Below are positions 48,094 to 56,335 of a DNA stretch of 64,000 bases, one piece after another. The translations under genes were made by a program, and so were the position numbers. Source of the DNA: Actinomycetota bacterium (GTDB lineage Bacteria; Actinomycetota; Thermoleophilia; RBG-16-64-13); contig JAAYZX010000122.1 of the NCBI GenBank assembly GCA_012514635.1, positions 3,449 through 67,448 on the forward strand, given 5' to 3'. Below the pieces are notes generated by a model. That model was not told where the DNA came from and did not search any database. It saw only the letters and a program-made list of their open reading frames with translations. Positions within the stretch are counted from its first letter, which is position 1, and each line of letters starts with the position of its first letter.

Positions 48094-49478
48094 GGTCCGC
48101 CGGTGGTCGTTCTGAGATAGAGCCTCTTGCCGGATTCGCTGGTCAGGTTCCAGAGGCAGAATGGAATCAATCCCCTACCAGGCACAAGCGCGTGCACGCA
48201 GCAGCGGCGTACACGCTCCAGATCCAGATCCCAGGCATCTTGGAAGAGCATGCCCGACACGGCCAGGATTCGGCCGGCGGCTTCTAGGAAGCGATCGAGA
48301 TCGTCGCACGCTGCGCCTGCCGTGTCGCCCTTGTCAGAGCCGTAGTCGCCGACGTAGTCATTGCGGCCGACCGGACCGAGGCTCCATTGCCGCGCCGTGG
48401 CTGCCACGGCGCGGCGCGCGGCCGAGCTGAGCTCGGCCGCGCACGCTCCCGTCTCCGAGCGAACGAGTTCCAGACGACCATCCTCCCGCACCCAGTACCG
48501 CGCACGGAAGGAGCAGCGCACATGCTCGCAGCTACTCGGCTCAAAGTCGTCCGCCTTTATTCGGCTACCCGTCTGGCTCTCCAGGGCCCGCAGGATCTCG
48601 GGCAAAGTGAGTCTGGGTCGTTCCCCGACAGGATATCGGCCAAAGTAACTCACCGGCTGAAAGTGAACCCCCCGCACCACCCCCGCCCACTCCGTAGCGA
48701 AATCCACCAGCGCCCCAAGTTCTCCATCGTTGACCCCGGCCACCACGGTCGACACCAACACCACCGCCAACCCCGCTTCGGCGCAGCGCTCCACCGCCCG
48801 TAGCTTTTCTGCACCAAAAGCCCTTCCTCGTATGGCGCGGTGCGTGGCATCCATGAGACCGTCGAACTGTAGAAACACCGACACCAGCCCCGCATCGCGC
48901 AGTTTTTCAGCGTATTCGAGCTCCTGGGCCAGACGCAACCCATTGGTGTTCAGCTGCACAAACGCAAACCCGGCAGCGCGCGCCAAACTAATGATATCCG
49001 GGAGATCGGCACGCAGCGTAGGTTCACCACCGGAGAGCTGCAGATTCACCGATCCCTGCATAATGAAGAGATCCCGCAGCGTCGCCTCAAGTTCACGGAG
49101 CGACGGATCAGAACCAGGAGTATCGGGACGACTCTCCGCAAAGCAGATGGGGCAGACGAGGTTGCAGCGCCGAGTGATCTCAAGTACCGCCGTACAGGTG
49201 GACTGCTGGTGCTCCGGACACAGACCACAGGCCAGAGGGCAGGCCGACGGCGTCGACAACACCGCTTCTCTCGGAACGGAACAGCTTACAGTGCCCTTAT
49301 CCGCACACCAGGCACGATAAGATGGGGGACCGCTCCAAATCAGGGTGCTCCACATGCCGTGATCCGGGCAGTGCCCCTCCAGCCTGACCTCCTCCCCTGC
49401 GAAGCGCCGCTCGGCGGGCACTCGAGCTAGGCACACAGGACAGAGGCTCTCGGTGGGCTCCCGCTCGTCAGACTTCAC
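48090..49478 (-). CDS. Radical SAM enzyme with N-terminal zinc-ribbon
   Basis: N-terminal CPVCLARV...GHCPDHG, then the radical SAM motif ITRRCNLVCPICF with the glycine-rich LSGGEPTL. There are extra Cys residues at the C-terminus (RRCCVHALVP...FCLWN). Confidence 0.8.
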   Translation of the reverse strand: MKSDEREPTESLCPVCLARVPAERRFAGEEVRLEGHCPDHGMWSTLIWSGPPSYRAWCADKGTVSCSVPREAVLSTPSACPLACGLCPEHQQSTCTAVLEITRRCNLVCPICFAESRPDTPGSDPSLRELEATLRDLFIMQGSVNLQLSGGEPTLRADLPDIISLARAAGFAFVQLNTNGLRLAQELEYAEKLRDAGLVSVFLQFDGLMDATHRAIRGRAFGAEKLRAVERCAEAGLAVVLVSTVVAGVNDGELGALVDFATEWAGVVRGVHFQPVSYFGRYPVGERPRLTLPEILRALESQTGSRIKADDFEPSSCEHVRCSFRARYWVREDGRLELVRSETGACAAELSSAARRAVAATARQWSLGPVGRNDYVGDYGSDKGDTAGAACDDLDRFLEAAGRILAVSGMLFQDAWDLDLERVRRCCVHALVPGRGLIPFCLWNLTSESGKRLYLRTTTGGP

Positions 49479-49914
49479 GTGACTCGGTGGGGTCGAGGCC
49501 GTGTTCCATCAGGATGCTCATGGCCTGCATATACGCTTCTGCTACGATGGGTCCGCACCGTTCCGTGCTTGGGGTGCCGTTGCCAAGGATATCATTGCAC
49601 CTCACTCCCCCATATCGCCCGCCGATCTCTGCCTGGAACCACTCCTCCAGCTCGCTCAACATAAGCAGTAGGTCCTCGTGTTCTTCCTCGTCGTCTCGAC
49701 CCTTGGCCGCATACAACGCAATAAGGCACGCAGCTCCCGTCAGGCTTCCACATACTCCCTCACCCCTGCCACCTCCCAGAGCCAACCCGCCTACGGCTCG
49801 TATGAGATCTGGGTTGTTTTTGCCCTGGGCTTCCAGGCCCATTAAGAGCAGGATCTGGCTGCAGTAATAGCCTTTCCGCGACAGGTCCATCATGTGCATT
49901 CGTGTCTCGTCCAT
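49468..49914 (-). CDS. C_GCAxxG_C_C family putative redox protein
   Basis: YCSQILL ... GVCGSLTGAACLIALY ... RCNDILG ... CGPIV, matching the C...CGxxxG...C...C pattern of that family; 148 aa. Confidence 0.75.
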   Translation of the reverse strand: MDETRMHMMDLSRKGYYCSQILLLMGLEAQGKNNPDLIRAVGGLALGGGRGEGVCGSLTGAACLIALYAAKGRDDEEEHEDLLLMLSELEEWFQAEIGGRYGGVRCNDILGNGTPSTERCGPIVAEAYMQAMSILMEHGLDPTESREV

Positions 49915-49935
49915 TGTCCCTCCTCGTCGGCAGGC

Positions 49936-50700
49936 TCAGGTCGAAACCCGTTCGGCCACAAGCAGGAAGTAGCCGGGCCGAACTGCCGCGATCGCCTCGC
50001 GACACGGAGCACCATCTCCCAGCGCCGCCTTCCAGAAACGGGCGGCCGACCCGTAACTGAAGATCATGCGCGCTATAAAGACCTTGAGGGCGTGGGAACA
50101 GTCACGCCACACACGCACAGAAAAACCCGCATCTCTCAGTCTGGAGATGGTGACCTCTTCATTTACGGCGCCGCACAGACAGGTGTTCGCAGACGTTCGC
50201 TCCACCCAAGTAGTGACTTTTGCCCAATCAGTGCCATCAGAGTCTCCAACCGGGCCCCGGAGATAGACGTCGGTTATAGCCACGATCCCCCGAGGACGCA
50301 GCACCCGGCCAATCTCACCGAGAGCCCGCTCCGGATCGCCAAGCGTGCTGATAACGCACTCGGCAAAGACGACGTCGAAGAACCCGTCGGCGTAGGGAAT
50401 GCGTTCCGCCTGCCCCTCCACCCAGGTTACGTCCTCTCGTCTGGCCTGCGCTTCGGCCAGGCGAGAGACCGAGCAGTCGAGACCCACCACCTCCGCCCCC
50501 CACGCGCGGACCAGATATGCTGCCGTAGATCCCGTACCACATCCCAGATCGAGTACCCGCCAACCCGATTGCAGTCCGCACGCAGCCGCCAACTCTTCCG
50601 TCAGCTCTAAGCCTCCCGGCCTGAGTTCATCTCCAACAGCCTCTCGAAATGGGGCCTGCACCCACAGTCCGGAGGTTGTTGCGCACCTACTTGTCTTCAA
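49936..50700 (-). CDS. Class I SAM-dependent methyltransferase
   Basis: VLDLGCGTGSTAAYL motif I, followed by DVVFAEC; 254 aa. Confidence 0.8.
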   Translation of the reverse strand: MKTSRCATTSGLWVQAPFREAVGDELRPGGLELTEELAAACGLQSGWRVLDLGCGTGSTAAYLVRAWGAEVVGLDCSVSRLAEAQARREDVTWVEGQAERIPYADGFFDVVFAECVISTLGDPERALGEIGRVLRPRGIVAITDVYLRGPVGDSDGTDWAKVTTWVERTSANTCLCGAVNEEVTISRLRDAGFSVRVWRDCSHALKVFIARMIFSYGSAARFWKAALGDGAPCREAIAAVRPGYFLLVAERVST

Positions 50701-50902
50701 GGATTTGTTCCACTTCGGCCATGCGCCCGGTGGCCAGTTCCTCGGGGATGAGATAAAGGCCGCAATCGGGACAACGTGGCAACTCGAGCGTGAACGAATT
50801 TCCCAGATAGGTCAACTCCACGGGGCCCACTTCCAACGGACGTGAACAACGGCAGCACATCCAGCGCAGATCGTCCTCGGACAAACGGGCAATACTCGCC
50901 AT
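50687..50902 (-). CDS. Small 4-Cys zinc-ribbon protein (71 aa)
   Basis: CCRC ... CPDC pairs. It overlaps the downstream methyltransferase gene by 14 nt and abuts the upstream gene stop. Confidence 0.5.
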   Translation of the reverse strand: MASIARLSEDDLRWMCCRCSRPLEVGPVELTYLGNSFTLELPRCPDCGLYLIPEELATGRMAEVEQILEDK

Positions 50903-50903
50903 G

Positions 50904-53297
50904 TCACACCTGCCGTTCTACAGCCATGCGATGACTGTAGGCATTGTGCACTTCGAACCCCGAATCTCGGAGTGAATATTCCACCCAAAACGTGACGGCG
51001 CGAGGCCGGAAGAAGGCCAGAAAGTGCCCCGACGAATCGTGACAGAGTTTCTCTTCCGTATGTTCTGCGTGATATATCGCCTGTTGTATATCCTCCACCA
51101 AGATGCGGCGCGTGTCCAACAGGGTCTTAACTTCGTCCGCGATGATCAGTTGCACTTCCTGCCAAGGTTCCAAGGCTCCGCCTCCTTCGTTCCACAACTC
51201 CCTCAGCAGCCGTGCCTTCAGCCGGGCACGGTTCTCCCGTCGCTCGGACCAACCCGGTCTGCGTCTGCCTGCCGGATCCTCCTCCGTTGGATAGATGAGA
51301 TCGAGCACGTGCAGAATCCGCTTGCCTTGCGCTGCCAGACTGTCCCGGCACATGGCGCAATAAGTTACGTATTCCAGCGGGCTCTCTGCGCTGCGTCGTA
51401 CAGCCACGGCCGCCGCGAGCTGTGGGTTGGCGTTGGCCTGAAGGCCACCGTAACCGCAACACCCCGTGATCTGTCCCGACAACGCCAACTCCTCGATGGG
51501 CTGATCCAAATGTGCCAGCAATCTACGGACGCTCTGCTGCACATGCGTGCGATCCCGAGTAGTGCATGGGTCATGAAGCCCCCGCGGCAAAAGTGTAGGT
51601 CCTCCTGCACCCACAGTGATTCCCGTCTCTTCCATGATTTCGCTTAGAAACACATGGGTGCCTGTTCCCAAATGCGGAGCCAGAACGTCTTGGCAGGTAG
51701 GGCATGCAAAGATGAGCATCGGATCGCCCAGGCGATGCCGCTCCCTCAGAATGTCGGCGAGCCCCTGCCCAAACAAATCTTGCCTTCCTGCCCAGGTAGG
51801 AGGCGCGCCGCAACAATCCAGGATGAGACCTACGCCTCCTGTCAACTTCCCACGCAGATACTCGTAGACGGCCTCCACCTGAGCAGGGTTGGAGCCGGCC
51901 AGTTGACAGCCGGGGAAAAAGGCGTAGGAGCAACGCTCGCGTCCCGGTTCAGTGCGCGCAAGCACGAAGGCCGCCGAACGACTGAACGCGTAATCCTCTA
52001 GAGCAAACTCGTGAGCCGAGGGCGGCATCTTGCCCCTCTCCACCATCCCGCGCCGCGCCTCCAGACAGAGATCGGCCATGGAAAAATTCTCCGGACACAC
52101 CGCAGTGCAGAGACCGCATAACATGCATGAGTTGATGAGGCGGTTGGCTTTGTGCTCGCCCTGTACGATGGCTGCGTTATTGTAGATCTCGCGGGCGTAC
52201 CGACGTGGGTAACTACCGAAATGATGGAGATAATCACAGACTTTGACGCACTCAAGGCATTCGCAGCGCAGACAACGATCCGCCTCCTCTTGGGCTTCCT
52301 CCGCCGTGTACGCACCTCCCACGTCTTCGGGTTCGATCGACGGCAGCGACTCCACCCTCGCCAAGCTCACAAAAAGACGAGTGGGCTGAGGACCCTCCTT
52401 CTCCCGCGCAGCTGTGAGCGAAGCTCCCTGAAGGAAACGATCTATCGACACGGCAGCCCGGCGACCTTGGAGCGCCAAACCTACAGGCGACACCCTCCCC
52501 CCCGATGAAAGGCCGTCTCCCGTGGCCGAGCCTCCGCCCGGTGTCGCTTCGTCGCCCGCGAATACGCCCTCCCACTGGGTTGCCAAAGTTTGACGATCGT
52601 AGGGGAGCACCGGCCGGCCGTCGGGGCCCACGCCTGCCGGTTGCAACTCTTCCTCACCCCCCTCCACGAATACGGCAGCGAACTCTGCACGCAACTCCTC
52701 CAACGAGGGAGACTCACCAAGACGGAACTCCACTCCCAGAGCAGACAGCGCCGCCACCTCTGCCGCTACGACTTTCGGCGGAAGCAGTTCCGGCGGAAAC
52801 TGCAGGAGCCGGCCGCCGGCCGTTTCATAGGAGTCGAACACTGTAACGGGATGACCCTTGCGGACTAGATCGGAGGCCGTGGTTAGGCCGGCCAACCCCG
52901 ACCCCACCACCGCCACCCGCGCGTCACGACGCGGCAGGATCAGAACCCGATGGGTAGGGGCAGGCCTCGTCACACATGCCCGTTCCAGTGCCCCTATGCG
53001 CACGGCGTCACCGCGCTCGCGGCGCCTGCAGCGCAACTCGCAGGGATGATCACAGATCCGCCCCAGGATACCGGGGAGCGGCATGGTCTTGCGGAGAACC
53101 TTCCACGCCCCATCCCAGTCTCCCACCGCCACGGCCATAACGAACGAACGGGCGTCTACGTGCAGCGGACAGGCGGCGACGCATTCTGCCGGTTCTTCCT
53201 GTATGCAGCGGCGCTCGAATTCACGCAGTCGGGACTGTTCCATGGCCGGTTCCTCGTAGGACATCGTCGGGGGCCCGCGGAGCGGGCCCCCGACCAC
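50904..53297 (-). CDS. Fused oxidoreductase: GltD-like FAD/NAD(P)-binding module + 2x[4Fe-4S] ferredoxin + HdrD/GlcF-like CCG domain
   Basis: N-terminal CIQEEPAECVAACPLH...RICDHPCELRC, the dinucleotide fold VAVVGSGLAGLTTASDL, ferredoxin motifs CLRCECLECVKVCDY and CMLCGLCTAVCPE, and CCG motifs LILDCCGAPP, FACPTCQ and GCCGYGGL. Confidence 0.8.
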   Translation of the reverse strand: MVGGPLRGPPTMSYEEPAMEQSRLREFERRCIQEEPAECVAACPLHVDARSFVMAVAVGDWDGAWKVLRKTMPLPGILGRICDHPCELRCRRRERGDAVRIGALERACVTRPAPTHRVLILPRRDARVAVVGSGLAGLTTASDLVRKGHPVTVFDSYETAGGRLLQFPPELLPPKVVAAEVAALSALGVEFRLGESPSLEELRAEFAAVFVEGGEEELQPAGVGPDGRPVLPYDRQTLATQWEGVFAGDEATPGGGSATGDGLSSGGRVSPVGLALQGRRAAVSIDRFLQGASLTAAREKEGPQPTRLFVSLARVESLPSIEPEDVGGAYTAEEAQEEADRCLRCECLECVKVCDYLHHFGSYPRRYAREIYNNAAIVQGEHKANRLINSCMLCGLCTAVCPENFSMADLCLEARRGMVERGKMPPSAHEFALEDYAFSRSAAFVLARTEPGRERCSYAFFPGCQLAGSNPAQVEAVYEYLRGKLTGGVGLILDCCGAPPTWAGRQDLFGQGLADILRERHRLGDPMLIFACPTCQDVLAPHLGTGTHVFLSEIMEETGITVGAGGPTLLPRGLHDPCTTRDRTHVQQSVRRLLAHLDQPIEELALSGQITGCCGYGGLQANANPQLAAAVAVRRSAESPLEYVTYCAMCRDSLAAQGKRILHVLDLIYPTEEDPAGRRRPGWSERRENRARLKARLLRELWNEGGGALEPWQEVQLIIADEVKTLLDTRRILVEDIQQAIYHAEHTEEKLCHDSSGHFLAFFRPRAVTFWVEYSLRDSGFEVHNAYSHRMAVERQV

Positions 53298-53307
53298 AGC
53301 GTTACAG

Positions 53308-56038
53308 TTAGAGGGCTTTGAGTCCGGCCAGTACCTTTTCCGGCAGAGCGGGAAGGTGGGTGATCCTCACTCCGGTGGCATTTTTGATGGCATTAATGAC
53401 CGCCACGTGCGATGCCGTCAGCGGACACTCGCCCACACCGGCTGCTCCAAAGGGGCCGTTCTCGCGAGGACTCTCCACGTAGAGGAGCTCGATATCGTCG
53501 GGGATGTCCTCGGCATAGGGCAGACCGCACGAGACCATGGTTCTGTGCTTGGTCAAATCTTCACAGTCTTCGGAGAGCGCCAGACCGATACCCTGGGCAA
53601 TGCCCCCGTACATCTGGCCGTCCACCACCAGCTTGTTGTTGATTCTGCCCACGTCGGCCACAGCGGTGTACTTCTCTATCTTGGTCTTGCCCGTGGCCAC
53701 CTCCACCGCCACCTCGGCCATAAAGAGGCCGTACATGTATACGGAAAAGGGGCTGCCTTGGGCGTTCTCGTCACAGGCGGAGGCCATGGAAGCCGTGTAT
53801 TTGCCCGCATAACGGATGGCTATCCCCTCCGCCACCATCTCGTCATAGGTACGGAAGGACCCATCTGTCTTTTTCATGGCCGCCACCAACTGCTGACACC
53901 CATTCACGATGGCGTTGCCTGTGACCACCTGCTGGCGACTGCCTCCGGACGGGCCGCTATTAGGAGTCACGCCCGTGTCGTTCATGACCAGTTTGATACT
54001 CTCCGGCGCCAGACTCAGTGGGCGCAGAGCTTCATGCGCAGTGCCCAAGGCGCCCATGTCGGCCCCCTGGCCGTGATCTTCCCAGGAAACACCAAGCGTC
54101 ACACCGTCTTTGGTCAGCTCCACCCACACTTCGGAAGAGTCGGGACCATCGAGGCCGCACCCGTAGATGCCGAGGGAGACACCCACGCCCTTTTTGACGT
54201 TTGCCGTGGATTCTTTTTGAGCCTTCTCCAGCGCCGCCTGGTAGCGGGGACGCAGCAGATCGATCATCTCCGGGAAACTCCAGGCATCCGGGGTCTGACC
54301 GGTGGGAGTGGTGGCAGCGGCACGATATACATTCTTGTAGCGAAGCTCCAGCGGATCCACTCCCATCTTCTCGGCCAGTTCATCCATGAGGCTTTCAGAG
54401 GCCAGGAAGGCCTGCGGTGAGCCGTAGGCACGGAAGGCGCTCCCCCAAATATGGTTGGTGCATACGGTGCGGCCCACACCTCGAATAGCCGGGATGTCGT
54501 AGCCCGCTCCCATGTATTGTGCCCCGCGCAGCGTCAACAAGTCACCGAACTCGGAATACGGACCGTGGTCCACGGTCCAGTCGCTCTCCATGGCCAGCAA
54601 CTTACCGTCAGCGTCGGCCCCAAACTTAAGCCGTACGAAGAAGGGGGAACGCTTACCCGTATAGGTGATGTGTTGGAAGTAGTTGTAGCGCAGCGTTACC
54701 GGACGACCTGTGGCCATGCAGGCCACTCCCAGTAGGGCTTCCATGGTAGGCGAAAACTTGTAGCCAAAGGTGCCGCCGGCCGGGTTCTGTATCAAGCGCA
54801 GCTTATCCGGTTCCACGCCCAATCCGGGAGCGATCATGGCGTGGTGCAGGTGAATGCCGATGCTCTTGGAGTGAATGGTGAGGCGTCCTTCTTCGTCATA
54901 GTAAGCGAGACCCACATCCGGCTCGATGGTGAGGTGTGGCTGCCGTTGCAGATAGAATTCGTCTTCCACCGTATGGGTGGCGGCAGCCATAATGGGATCC
55001 GTGTCCTCGCCCTTGGCGATGTTCTGTTCAAAGTAGACGTTGGGCGTCCCGGGATGGATCTCAATGGCATCTTCAGCCATGGCCGCCGGTGCGCTCATAT
55101 AGGCGGGCAACACTTCCAAGTCCACCTTGACCTTGGCCGCCGCCGCCCGGGCGTGCTCCTCCGTATCGGCGCACACTATGGCCAGAGCGTCGCCGTATTG
55201 GAACACCTTCTCGTCGCAGAGGATGGGACGATCCCAACCGTCACCCTTGTTGGTAGCGAAGGTAATGAGGCCGGTGATACGGTTCTTTCCCTGTACATCC
55301 TTGTGGGTGATCACCTTGTAAACGCCGGGCATACTCTCAGCCTCAGCAGTATCAATAGAGCGGATGTTGGCGTGCGAAACTTCGGCCTGAGCCAGGGCCA
55401 TATGCAGTGAACCCGGCGGGAGCTTGAGTCCCAGATCGGCTCCGTAATCGATGGTGCCGCTAACCTTGGCCACCGCTGAGGGCCGTGGGTAGGCGCTGCC
55501 CCAGATCCGACCGTCGGCCGGCATCTTGAACTCGAGCTCGTCCTGTGGCATCTCACCGCGCAGCACCTTGGCGGCATCCATGACCGCATCGACAATAGGT
55601 TTATAGCCGTTACAGCGGCAGGCGTTGCGATGCGTCTGGAACCAGGCCCGGGTCTCCGCTCCGGTGGGATTGGGATTATCGTCGAGCAATACTTTAGAAG
55701 AAACTACAAAACCCGGCATACAGTAGCCGCACTGGGGCGCGCCATGTGTCACCAACGCCTGCTGCACCGGATGTAGGTTATCTGGAGTTCCGATACCCTC
55801 AACAGTGGTGATACGGGCGTCGTCGGGTACCCGGTTCATGCTGGTGATGCAGGAACGCACCAACTCGTCGTTGACGATAACGGAGCAGGCTCCACACTGA
55901 CCCTGCCCACACCCTATTTTGGTCCCCGTCATTCCCAACTGTGCCCTTAGGACATTGGCAAGATTGTCCTCAGGCTTTGCGACGATCGTCCTGGCGATAC
56001 CGTTAATGAAGAACTTTTTTTTGATCACCGACCGTGCC
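53308..56038 (-). CDS. mop: Molybdenum-containing aldehyde oxidoreductase (Mop-like, xanthine dehydrogenase family; 2x[2Fe-2S] + Mo cofactor domains, no FAD domain)
   Basis: The N-terminus KKKFFINGIARTIV...GCGQGQCGACSV aligns from memory with Desulfovibrio gigas MOP (MIQKVITVNGIEQ...GCEQGQCGACSV). The length is about 910 aa. The start is set at GTG 56038 with a GGAGAGAGG SD, because the ORF-track start at 56061 adds 8 aa. Confidence 0.9.
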
Positions 56039-56261
56039 CCCTCTCTCCTGCCGAGATTCACTTGAGCGAAGTGTCATTAGGGAAACGTATGGCTACATCC
56101 CCCTTTATTTCATCCTACCATGAGCAGTGATACACAGATTGTGGTCGACGGCAATATGTAGCTTGGATAATTGCAGGAGATTCAGCCCTCCTCAACGCAT
56201 GTTTCAGCACCCTATTAACGAAAGTGAGCCGCGAAACGCCGGTCGGGCACCCGCATCGGCT

Positions 56262-56294
56262 CCCGGCATCCGGCTCTGCGGGCCGGATGCCGGG
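56262..56294. terminator. 13-bp perfect-stem GC hairpin separating the SLH gene end from the mop operon leader
   Basis: cccggcatccggc tctgcgg gccggatgccggg. Confidence 0.5.
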
Positions 56295-56335
56295 ATATAC
56301 ATTCCCGCGCGGAAGGGGAAGGCTCGGCGATTTGA

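Noticed and set aside
50904-53297. Possible in-frame TGA selenocysteine codons in the Hdr-like or molybdoenzyme genes
   Set aside because: The reading frames are continuous without internal stops, and no SECIS-like hairpin need be invoked.
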